Positions 11,457 to 20,533 of a stretch of DNA of 64,000 nt are shown here, one piece after another (within the stretch, counting starts at the first letter, position 1; each line of letters opens with the position of its first letter). Location: the NCBI GenBank assembly GCA_963775895.1, contig CAVZKL010000016.1:1-64000 (forward strand), written 5' to 3'. A model generated the notes under the pieces. That model worked only from the letters and a program-made list of their open reading frames with translations, had not been told where the DNA came from and ran no database searches. This DNA is from Candidatus Bathyarchaeota archaeon (GTDB lineage Archaea > Thermoproteota > Bathyarchaeia > Bathyarchaeales > Bathycorpusculaceae). A program made the translations under genes and the position numbers.

Positions 11457-12233
11457 ATGCCAAAGAATCAAAGAGAACGCTTGAAGAAGAATGAAACAAT
11501 GCTCTCAAGAAGACAAATAGCCGTGATCATCGTCGCAGTCGTTCTTGTCGTGGGTGCTATATCTGCAGCTTTGCTGCTGCAAACTCCTCCCCAAAAAATC
11601 AGTTTTCCCCTTACTGCGGGTATCATTGATCCGTTAGCAGAAGAAATTCCAAACCCCTCGTTCGTAAAAAATGTCACGGAGACTCTCGAAACCCACGGCT
11701 TCAACGTCACCTACAACAATGGCACGTTGGGAGTCGGCTTCTTCCAGAACCTCGCCAAATATAATTACGGAATAATAATATTGCGAGCCCATTCCGCACT
11801 CAGAACGGATGGCTCAACCGTAGATCTGTTCACGTCTGAACCATATGACCCTTCAGCGTACGCTGAACTACAGAACACCGGGTTGCTCGTAGAAGGTATC
11901 CTCAACTACACTACTGCCACATACTTTGCAATAACGTCCAAGTTCATAGAAAACTTGCAAGGGAATTTCCCGAAGAGCATCATCATCGCGATGGGCTGCA
12001 ATACCCTAGCCCCTGGACTAGGCCAGCTTGCAGAAGCTTTCAACAAAAAAGGTGCCAGTGCTTTCATCGGTTGGAATGGTTACGTGGGAAACGTCGTCAC
12101 TGACGATGAAACAGAAAACTTGGTTAACAAACTCATCGTGAACAACGAGACGGTCGGTCAAGCTATTGACGGGGTTTGGGATCTGACGTTTGGAAGCAAA
12201 TGGAATGCTACCCTCAAAAAGCTCAGGATCTAA
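11457..12233 (+). CDS. Membrane-anchored extracellular protein, possible caspase/gingipain-fold His-Cys dyad
   Basis: N-terminal TM; IIILRAHS and IIIAMGC. Confidence 0.6.
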   Translation: MPKNQRERLKKNETMLSRRQIAVIIVAVVLVVGAISAALLLQTPPQKISFPLTAGIIDPLAEEIPNPSFVKNVTETLETHGFNVTYNNGTLGVGFFQNLAKYNYGIIILRAHSALRTDGSTVDLFTSEPYDPSAYAELQNTGLLVEGILNYTTATYFAITSKFIENLQGNFPKSIIIAMGCNTLAPGLGQLAEAFNKKGASAFIGWNGYVGNVVTDDETENLVNKLIVNNETVGQAIDGVWDLTFGSKWNATLKKLRI

Positions 12234-12404
12234 GAATATCCGACTTGACCCCAACTATTTCAGGTGCTTCTAACGCACAGTCTACGACATCAAACCCTTG
12301 GCAACGCCAGACTTCGAGCCACACGATTCTACAACTGGCGCAAAGCGGATCCTCAGTGACCGCGACCTTGACGAAGACGGAAATTCTCCAAGGAAGCAGA
12401 AGAA

Positions 12405-12761
12405 TCAGACAGACTTGTTTGAGAACACAGCTCCAGTTGGACTAGTCAGATATCTGAATCGCCTTGAAACTGCTAGATACAACTGGTTTCGAAGTCGTTC
12501 TCCCATCACCCCAGTCTTCTGCAGCTTTCTGATTTCGGCAGATAACACTTGATCCTCCAAGATCTCTGATGTCCATTTTTCAAAATCTCCGCGCCCAAGA
12601 TGGAATTCCAAGGATTTCACGTTCACTTTGTTGATCTTTTCCATGAACTCCTTTAGTGAAGAAGCGCTCATACCTGTGTAGTTGCCAACTGACGTGTAGA
12701 ACTGGAATGCCTTCTCTGCAGACACAGTCTTCAAGGGTTTCGGATTCATTTCGGAAGTCAT
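12405..12761 (-). CDS. DUF5752-like protein
   Basis: AFQFY..G.YTG..ASSL.EF, SLEFHL.RGDFEKW. Confidence 0.75.
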   Translation of the reverse strand: MTSEMNPKPLKTVSAEKAFQFYTSVGNYTGMSASSLKEFMEKINKVNVKSLEFHLGRGDFEKWTSEILEDQVLSAEIRKLQKTGVMGERLRNQLYLAVSRRFRYLTSPTGAVFSNKSV

Positions 12762-12931
12762 ACAATTCCCCTATTTCTTAACATCGTTCCGTTAATAAGG
12801 ATAACCCTTCAGTGACGATTCAACGAGATCGAAGCAGCCACAATTTCAAACTCATCAACGCTAAAAGCGCCAACATTAAGCCGGTCAAAGACTTGATAAA
12901 GGCGATCGGCAGATTTATAGATGTGAAAACG

Positions 12932-13537
12932 ATGTCCGAAGACGCCGACAGGATGAAGAGGCTCATCACGTTCAAAAAGAAGCTTGAAACGAGAATAGAG
13001 GAGCTTGACATTGAACTCAAGGATCTGAAATCAACGCTTGAAATTGTCAACTCAATTGTGCTAGAGAAAGGATTCAAGCGACCAGAAATCAGCACCAAAT
13101 CTGCAGTCACAGCATCGATCGGAGAAAAAGAAGAATCGGCGGCACCCGAAGGAGTCGTCAGGACTGACAGCGAGCTTCAAGACATCACTGTCCTGAAATC
13201 TGACAACGGCGAAGTTCTGGCAGACCTTCATGTTGAAGATGACGGTTCATTGCACGTTGTGCTGGCCAAGGACAAAGACTTTGACATCAATACGCCACCT
13301 TTCAATCAGTTTCTCATTCAGAGGGTGCTGTTAAAAATGCAAGAGAGAGACAGCGAACTCGTGAGATCTGGCCAGCTTTCGGCCGAAGGAATTTTGGGTT
13401 TTGACGTAATTCGAGACGGTGACACCGTACGTGAGCTGGTTATTAGAAACTTTGATGGCGATCGTTTGAGAGAGCTGAAATCAAGCATTCGCTGGACTCT
13501 TGAAAAGATGTTCGAGAAGATGAGAGGGCAAAACTAG
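12932..13537 (+). CDS. Conserved archaeal hypothetical protein with N-terminal coiled coil
   Basis: Coiled coil, TPPFNQFL, RWTLEKM. Confidence 0.7.
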   Translation: MSEDADRMKRLITFKKKLETRIEELDIELKDLKSTLEIVNSIVLEKGFKRPEISTKSAVTASIGEKEESAAPEGVVRTDSELQDITVLKSDNGEVLADLHVEDDGSLHVVLAKDKDFDINTPPFNQFLIQRVLLKMQERDSELVRSGQLSAEGILGFDVIRDGDTVRELVIRNFDGDRLRELKSSIRWTLEKMFEKMRGQN

Positions 13538-13541
13538 GATT

Positions 13542-14117
13542 TCACTTTGCACGATCAAAATAGATGTTCTTGCCGTGAGCCGAAACCGGAATCCCGATGA
13601 TGGTCGAGGATCCAGGCATCAACTTTAACCTTATCGCGGCACTGCCAACGGTGAACATCATCCTGTTATCAACATTCAACAGGCTCGCCGTCTTGACTGC
13701 AGAACACAAGGCTATTCCCAAGTCAAGCATTTTGAAAACACAGGTCGGACCAAAGAAGTCTTTTCCGAGTTTCTTCTCCTTTTCTCCAAAAGCCCTGCAC
13801 GTCGAAAAACCACATCCACCGCAATCCAGTCCGACACTCTTGTCTCCTCTGACACCAACTAGAATGATGGCTTCAGATTCTCTTACGTTCTTAGCGTCAC
13901 GCTCAAACACCTTATGCGGATGTCCACCCCGTTCCAGACCAATCTCTTCCATCTTTTTGGCAATCGCATCTTTTTCTGCACCGTGCAAAATCAGCGTCAG
14001 AATGTCGTCCACACCTGTAGCCTTGGGCGCTGTTCGTGCCGCGACAAGCATTGCCTTTGCAGCAGCCAAAATGGCTTCCTCTTCAGCTCCTTTGCTTCCT
14101 ATTATTGGTGGCTTCAC
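13542..14117 (-). CDS. DUF2148 ferredoxin-domain protein (nitroreductase-like fold)
   Basis: AARTAPK, CGGCGFSTC, DLGIA..SA, DNRMM. Confidence 0.85.
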   Translation of the reverse strand: MKPPIIGSKGAEEEAILAAAKAMLVAARTAPKATGVDDILTLILHGAEKDAIAKKMEEIGLERGGHPHKVFERDAKNVRESEAIILVGVRGDKSVGLDCGGCGFSTCRAFGEKEKKLGKDFFGPTCVFKMLDLGIALCSAVKTASLLNVDNRMMFTVGSAAIRLKLMPGSSTIIGIPVSAHGKNIYFDRAK

Positions 14118-14314
14118 GGTTGGACCTCACGATTCCAATTTACTAAGAAATATCTTTGCAACTTAATAACGTTGATTTGTTACCAGCCTGTAAAGGCCTT
14201 TTTCAGAAGATCGACTACGATGTTCAACTGGCCCGTAGGCCCCACGGCCAAGAAAGATATTCCCAAAAGAAGCAAGAGTGCTCCTATCATTCTGCGTTGC
14301 TGCACGTCCATGTT

Positions 14315-14749
14315 CTATCCCAGATGTTTGTTCAACGAGGCTTCAATGTGCTTTTTCGGAACGCAACCGACGATTCTGTCTACTTCTTTTCCATTCTTCA
14401 TGATAATTAGTGTCGGTATACTGAAAACTTGGAAATTCTCCGCAGTCTGCGGGTTCTGATCAACGTTGAGTTTCCCAATGAATACCTTTCCCATGTATTC
14501 TTTGTGGAGTTCTTCGACCGTCGGAGCTAAGGCTCGACATGGACCACACCACTCTGCCCAGAAATCGACAAGAACTAGAGGGTACTTCTTGACCGTTTCA
14601 TCAAAATCTGAATCTGTCACGTGAACAGGTTTGTCACTCATGTCTTTTCTCGCCTTTAGCTCCGCCAGTTTCCTCCATCGTATACGCTTCAGTTCTTCGT
14701 TCTCCTCTGATATAAATTGTTCGTGTTCCCCTGCCCATCCATGAATCAT
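14315..14749 (-). CDS. trxA: Thioredoxin
   Basis: DFWAEWCGPC, SIPT. Confidence 0.95.
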   Translation of the reverse strand: MIHGWAGEHEQFISEENEELKRIRWRKLAELKARKDMSDKPVHVTDSDFDETVKKYPLVLVDFWAEWCGPCRALAPTVEELHKEYMGKVFIGKLNVDQNPQTAENFQVFSIPTLIIMKNGKEVDRIVGCVPKKHIEASLNKHLG

Positions 14750-15190
14750 CTATGTTTTTTGCGTTCTGCTCACTGAACAAGCTCGCACAAGTTTTCCATA
14801 GGCGACTGCTGGATCGTCAACCTTTTCAACCAACTTCTCAAATGGACAAGTCTTCGTCTTATTAGCGTTCAATACTCTCTTCACAAGAGTGTCCCACTCC
14901 AGATGGATCTCGTTTTCTTCCAAGAAGATCTTTGCCTTCTGACTCAGAGTCTGCGCATGAACTGATTTCACTTTGGAATAAACGCACATCAAGGCAATGG
15001 CTTTTCCCACAACCTTATCGGCAACGGAAGCGCCTTCAAATTGAACTCCGAGTCTATCAATGGCTTCCAAAAAGCCTGACACCCCCCGCAACTTGGATTC
15101 AAGAATCACTTTGTTATCTTTCACAACGACAAGCGTCAACTCTGCACTGCGGATCCGACTTTTCGCAACATCAAGATCAGTCACATTCAC
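14750..15190 (-). CDS. DUF1893 (TM1506-like) protein
   Basis: ADKVVGKA, CPFE. Confidence 0.85.
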   Translation of the reverse strand: MNVTDLDVAKSRIRSAELTLVVVKDNKVILESKLRGVSGFLEAIDRLGVQFEGASVADKVVGKAIALMCVYSKVKSVHAQTLSQKAKIFLEENEIHLEWDTLVKRVLNANKTKTCPFEKLVEKVDDPAVAYGKLVRACSVSRTQKT

Positions 15191-15672
15191 GTTCTTTCTT
15201 CCAGCTTTCGCAATCGAAGGTGTCCAGATTTTTCTATCGTGAAAAGCTCGTTTTCTGGCATCGAAGCAACTTGCGCTGCAAGTTCTTCGTTAGTCACTCC
15301 GTTGCCAAATCGGTTCATCAACTCTTCTATTACGCCGCGTTTCACGCATATCGTAAGAGCTCGCTTCGGATTCTGGACTTGAAAACTGCCGCATATCTCT
15401 TGTTCTGATTTTTCTATCTCAAGTTTCTGATTTCCGATGGTGCAATGTGTTGTTGATTGTATCCCATCGATGGTGCATGAAAACGGCGTAGTCTGGGGGA
15501 CTTTTATCGTTACTTGAAACGTGAACTCATTCCCCGTACGGCTTCTGAGGATTTCTTTCGCAGCTTTTCCCATTCTCACGCCGATGACGAGAAACGGTCC
15601 TAAGTGTCCGTGCAGTTTCACTGCATCATCTATTGCCTTCTCAAGCTCTTTCTCTCTGGTCTTTGTTTCCAA
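15187..15672 (-). CDS. FmdE-family protein
   Basis: HGHLGP..G.RM, CTIDGIQ..T.CTIG. Confidence 0.88.
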   Translation of the reverse strand: METKTREKELEKAIDDAVKLHGHLGPFLVIGVRMGKAAKEILRSRTGNEFTFQVTIKVPQTTPFSCTIDGIQSTTHCTIGNQKLEIEKSEQEICGSFQVQNPKRALTICVKRGVIEELMNRFGNGVTNEELAAQVASMPENELFTIEKSGHLRLRKLEERT

Positions 15673-15714
15673 TTTTTTCCAACCTTGCGTCGTTCCGCCG
15701 TTTTCAGTATAATC

Positions 15715-16623
15715 CTACTTCAACTCAAACATTCTTTCAAGAGCTTTCCTCGCCTTCTTGGCAATGGGTGCTGGAACTTTGACCACATACTTTTCTTCTT
15801 TGAGTGAGGCATAGATTCTTTCCAGAGTGTTAAGCTTCATGTTCGGACAGACAGCCCCGGCATACGCTAGGATGAAAGTCTTCTCCGGATTGTCTTTCCT
15901 CAGTCGGTGGAGTACTCCCTCCTCTGTTGCCACGATTAAGGTTTTCGCGCAACTCTTTTTGGCGTATCTGCAAATCTGCGAGGTGCTTCCGACGAAATCT
16001 GCCATCTTCTGCACTTCAGATGTGCATTCTGGGTGAACCAGAACAACCGCATGAGGCTGCTCCATCTTGAGTATCTGAATATCCTCAGGTTGAAACAGCA
16101 GGTGTGTGGGACAGAACCCCCACTCTGGAATCGGAATCACAGTTTTCCCTGTTTGCCTTTGAACGTATTCGGCGAGGTTTCGGTCTGGTCCAAAAAGCAC
16201 TTTGTCAGCTTTCAAGGATGCAACAACTTGAACAGCGTTGGCAGATGTGCAACAGATGTCGCTTTGCGCCTTGGCTTCAGCCAAAGTGTTAACGTAAACG
16301 ACCACAGGCACTCCGGGATGCAGTGATTTTGCCCGTTTGATCTCTTCCACCGTCAACATCTGCGCCATCGGACAACGCGCACCGAGCGAGGGCAGGAGCA
16401 CCTTCTTTTCAGGGTTTAATATCGCGGCCGATTCCGCCATGAAATCAACTGCCGCGAAAACTATGATCTTCGCTTCCAGTTCTTCCATGGCCTTTCTGCT
16501 CAGTTCAATGCTATCGCCAATGTAGTCTGCAATGTCCTGAACCTCAGGTCTCTGATAGTTGTGAGCCAGAATAATCGCGTTCTTCTCCTTTTTCAACTTG
16601 GCTATCTCTTCGGCAAGAGTCAT
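15715..16623 (-). CDS. nadA: Quinolinate synthase
   Basis: LAHNYQ, CPMA, YVNT, CPTH, HPEC, CPNM. Confidence 0.97.
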   Translation of the reverse strand: MTLAEEIAKLKKEKNAIILAHNYQRPEVQDIADYIGDSIELSRKAMEELEAKIIVFAAVDFMAESAAILNPEKKVLLPSLGARCPMAQMLTVEEIKRAKSLHPGVPVVVYVNTLAEAKAQSDICCTSANAVQVVASLKADKVLFGPDRNLAEYVQRQTGKTVIPIPEWGFCPTHLLFQPEDIQILKMEQPHAVVLVHPECTSEVQKMADFVGSTSQICRYAKKSCAKTLIVATEEGVLHRLRKDNPEKTFILAYAGAVCPNMKLNTLERIYASLKEEKYVVKVPAPIAKKARKALERMFELK

Positions 16624-16750
16624 GCTTTCGCCTTGAATGGAATCACGTGTCTAGGTAAATGGAAAGATATATGCGTTTACCCAAACACTCAGAATTCTCT
16701 ACTATGCTTTCCAGAATCAGTTCTCTGCGGACGATGCAGAACGGGGATAG

Positions 16751-16856
16751 TGCAGGGGGTGAGATTTGAACTCACGTACCCCTTCGGGACGGGATCTTGA
16801 GTCCCGCGCATAAAGCCCCATCTATCGCGGGTTTGGCCATGCTCTGCTACCCCTGC
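16751..16856 (-). tRNA. tRNA-Leu(CAA) with a 21-nt intron in the D-loop (16812-16832)
   Basis: Acceptor stem GCAGGGG/CCCCTGC, anticodon arm CGGGA-CTCAAGA-TCCCG, long variable arm, GTTCAAATC; removing the intron restores the D-arm (85 nt). Confidence 0.93.
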
Positions 16857-17160
16857 ACCTCTCCCAGAACTACGCCTTCTTTCTTATTAATTATTTCTGG
16901 AAAGTGAGGCATGATTCATCTCTTCGATCATTTTCAATGCTAAGAAGCGATGCTTGCTTCATGGATGTAACGAAGCGAAAACCATGCATCATACATAAAA
17001 AAGTTTATTAGAAAGCTGTGTTGTTTACGTTTTAGCTCTTTAATATTGGCGACCATTTTTCAAGTTGGAATGACCCAACAGTCGGAGGAAATTGAAAATT
17101 TGGAGAAACCCGCACCGAAACGCGTTCGCGCAAGTCTAAACGTGTAGTTGCGGGAGATGG

Positions 17161-20100
17161 TTGAAATTGACTGAAATATCGAAAGAAGATACCCATGTGA
17201 TGCTGGACGCATTTTTTAAAGATAAAGGCTTGGTTCGTCAGCATTTAGACTCTTTTAACGAGTTTATTGATCGGGGACTGCAAGAAGTGATAGATGAAGT
17301 AGGCGAGATCCCAATTGAAGTCCCTGAAAGCCCGTACAAGGTTAAGCTAGGTCAAATCTGGATCATTGACCCTCAGACGAGAATAACCGGACCATACGCG
17401 ACCGAAGTGGACGGGACCAAACATGAAATCTACCCGTTGGAAGCCAGACTCAGAAACCTGACTTACGCAGCGCCTGTTGCCCTTGAAATGACTCCCGTCA
17501 TAGATGGGCGAGAACAGGACACCGAACTCGTCTACATCGGAAACATCCCTGTGATGTTGAAGTCAAAACTGTGCTTCCTGTCGCAATTGTCAAGAGAAGA
17601 ACTGATTGCATGCGGAGAGGACCCTGATGATCCTGGGGGTTATTTCGTCGTCAACGGTTCAGAGCGTGTAATAGTCGCTATGGAGGATTTGGCGCCCAAC
17701 CGCATAATCGTGGATATTGATGAAAAGGGCGCAACACCAGTTTACATGTCAAAAATATTCTCGACTACGGTTGGCTTCAGAGCAAGAATCGAATTGAAGA
17801 TCAAATCCGACGGTGCGCTTTACGTTTCTATGCCGGGTGTTCCTTCTGAAGTTCCGTTCGTCGTGTTGATGCGGGCCCTAGGGCTTGAATCAGACAGAGA
17901 GATCGCTGAAGCAATTTCTTTGGACAAAGACATTCAAGCTGTTTTAGACCCTTCTTATGAAAAGGCTTTAGGAGTGGACACGGCTAAAGACGCAATTCTG
18001 TTCATTGGCAACCGCGTTGCCCATGGACAAGTTGAAGAGTACCGACTTCAGAAGGCCGTGACTGCAATAGACAAGAATTTCCTACCGCATATAGGAAGAA
18101 TAGAACAAAAGAGAAGGGACAAAGCACTGTTCTTGGGCGAGATGGCCTGTAGAGCGATTGAACTGCAGCTTGGAAGGAGAAAGCCCGATGACAAAGATCA
18201 TTTCAAAAACAAAAGGCTAAGGTTAGCAGGACCACTTCTTGCCGATCTATTTAGAGTCGCATTCAGAAACCTCACACGTGACATAAAATATCAGCTTGAA
18301 CGCATCGGCGTGAAGGGTCCGATAATAACCGTTTCTGCTGCCGTTCGGCCTGGCATAATAGCTGAAAGGTTCCAACACGCCCTGGCAACGGGAAACTGGG
18401 GAAGGGGAAGAGTTGGCATAACTCAGCTTCTCGACAGGACAAACCACATTTCAACGTTAAGTCATCTGCGACGATTACAGTCTCCACTGAGCAGGAGTCA
18501 ACCCAACTTCGAAGCAAGAGACCTACACGCGACACATTGGGGGCGCTTGTGCCCGAACGAGACGCCTGAAGGTTCAAACTGTGGCCTGGTCAAGAACCTT
18601 GCCCTATCTGCGTCCATCTCCGTGGGCGTTAACCCAGAGAAGATCAAACAACTTTTGTTTGGTAGCGGTGTTACCCCAGTCCTTGAAGCCAGCAACGACT
18701 TGAAGCTCAACGGAGCCAAGGTCTTTGTTGACGGCAACATCGTAGGCTACTGCAATAATCCTGAACAGTTGGCGCGAGAATTTAGGGACAAGAGACGGAG
18801 AAGCGAAACATCAACGGAAGTAAACATCGCTTACTTCTCAAAATCGCAGGTTGAAAGGGAAGAGATCTATATCAACTGCGACGAGGGCAGGGTCAGAAGA
18901 GCTCTTATAATAGTCGACAACGGCGTTCCAAGACTTCAACCTGAACACGTGGAAAAGATCGCAACCGGAGAATGGGCGTGGGAAGATCTCGTAAAAAACG
19001 GTGCAGTTGAATACTTGGACGCTGAAGAAGAGGAAAACGCTTACGTGGCATTGAGCAATGAAAGTTTGGGATTGGACCACACTCATTTGGAAATCGCAAC
19101 CTACACGATTCTTGGAATCTGCGCCTCAACAATTCCATACGCCGAACACAACCAGTCACCGCGCAATTCCTATCAAGCAGCGATGGCAAAACAAGCATTA
19201 GGAGTCTATTCAACTAATTTCCAGCAACGTGTAGATTCAAGATCACACATCCTGCATTACCCGCAAGTGCCACTTGCAGAGACCGCCTTAATGGACACGA
19301 TGGGCTACAAACTGCGCCCCTCAGGACAAAACTACGTTGTCGCCGTGCTTTCCTTCGAAGGCTACAACATGGAAGACGCCTTAGTCTTCAACAAAGCATC
19401 GATAGAAAGAGGCTTGGGCCGCTCCACTTTCTTCAGGATCTACGAAGCAGAATGCCGCCAATACCTCGGAGGGTTGAAAGACAAGTTCACTCTGCCTGAG
19501 GCAGGAACTCGTGGATACAGAGGCGAACAATACTATCGGTTGCTAGAACCAGACGGCATAATAGGGTTGGAATCAGGCGTTGCAGGCGGGGATGTGCTCA
19601 TCGGTCGCATAAGTCCGCCAAGATTCCTAGAGGAGTACAAGGAATTTGAAGTCAAAGGTCCGTCAATGCGTGACACTTCGGTCGATATGCGTCCGTCAGA
19701 AACTGGCACTGTTGACGCTATTTTCATTACGGAATCTGGAGACGGGAGCAAGCTGGTTAAGGTCAGGGTCCGAGATCAGCGTGTGCCCGAGCTGGGCGAC
19801 AAGTTTGCTTCGCGACACGGACAAAAAGGCGTTATCGGACTGATTGTCCCTCAAGAAGACATGCCTTTCACGGAAGATGGAATCGTACCCGACTTGATCA
19901 TCAATCCTCACGCCATTCCTTCGAGAATGACGGTTGGACAGTTCATAGAGTCGCTGGCTGGAAAAGTCGCTTCTGCGCGTGGAAAACCAGTCGATGGAAC
20001 GCCGTTCTCAAACGAAGGACCAACTGAGCTTAGAACCGAGTTAATAAAGCTCGGTTTCAGCAGCACAGGTGCAGAAGTATTCTACAGCGGCGTCACTGGT

Positions 20101-20532
20101 CAGAAATTCGTGGCAGACGTTTACGTCGGTGTGGTTCACTATCAGAAACTGCACCATATGGTTGCGGACAAGATTCACGCCAGGGCTCGAGGACAAGTTC
20201 AGATGTTGACGAGGCAGCCAACAGAAGGAAGAGCCAGAGGTGGTGGTCTCAGGTTCGGTGAAATGGAGCGTGACTGCCTGATCGGCCACGGTGCTGCTAT
20301 GCTTCTCAGGGACAGACTGCTTGAAGAGTCCGACAAGTACACGCTGTACATCTGTGAGACGTGCGGGCACATAGCTTACTATGACATGAAACAGAGAAAA
20401 TACACGTGCAAGCTCTGCGAAGACAAAGCGAAGATATCGCCTGTGATTGTGTCCTATGCGTTCAAGTTGCTGTTGCAGGAACTTATGAGCTTGTGTATTT
20501 CGCCCAAATTAGCGCTTAAGGAGAAGGCATAG
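17161..20532 (+). CDS. rpoB: RNA polymerase subunit B (Rpo2), unsplit
   Basis: GDKFASRHGQKG, GGLRFGEMERDC, C-terminal Zn ribbon. Confidence 0.99.
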   Translation: MKLTEISKEDTHVMLDAFFKDKGLVRQHLDSFNEFIDRGLQEVIDEVGEIPIEVPESPYKVKLGQIWIIDPQTRITGPYATEVDGTKHEIYPLEARLRNLTYAAPVALEMTPVIDGREQDTELVYIGNIPVMLKSKLCFLSQLSREELIACGEDPDDPGGYFVVNGSERVIVAMEDLAPNRIIVDIDEKGATPVYMSKIFSTTVGFRARIELKIKSDGALYVSMPGVPSEVPFVVLMRALGLESDREIAEAISLDKDIQAVLDPSYEKALGVDTAKDAILFIGNRVAHGQVEEYRLQKAVTAIDKNFLPHIGRIEQKRRDKALFLGEMACRAIELQLGRRKPDDKDHFKNKRLRLAGPLLADLFRVAFRNLTRDIKYQLERIGVKGPIITVSAAVRPGIIAERFQHALATGNWGRGRVGITQLLDRTNHISTLSHLRRLQSPLSRSQPNFEARDLHATHWGRLCPNETPEGSNCGLVKNLALSASISVGVNPEKIKQLLFGSGVTPVLEASNDLKLNGAKVFVDGNIVGYCNNPEQLAREFRDKRRRSETSTEVNIAYFSKSQVEREEIYINCDEGRVRRALIIVDNGVPRLQPEHVEKIATGEWAWEDLVKNGAVEYLDAEEEENAYVALSNESLGLDHTHLEIATYTILGICASTIPYAEHNQSPRNSYQAAMAKQALGVYSTNFQQRVDSRSHILHYPQVPLAETALMDTMGYKLRPSGQNYVVAVLSFEGYNMEDALVFNKASIERGLGRSTFFRIYEAECRQYLGGLKDKFTLPEAGTRGYRGEQYYRLLEPDGIIGLESGVAGGDVLIGRISPPRFLEEYKEFEVKGPSMRDTSVDMRPSETGTVDAIFITESGDGSKLVKVRVRDQRVPELGDKFASRHGQKGVIGLIVPQEDMPFTEDGIVPDLIINPHAIPSRMTVGQFIESLAGKVASARGKPVDGTPFSNEGPTELRTELIKLGFSSTGAEVFYSGVTGQKFVADVYVGVVHYQKLHHMVADKIHARARGQVQMLTRQPTEGRARGGGLRFGEMERDCLIGHGAAMLLRDRLLEESDKYTLYICETCGHIAYYDMKQRKYTCKLCEDKAKISPVIVSYAFKLLLQELMSLCISPKLALKEKA

Positions 20533-20533
20533 T

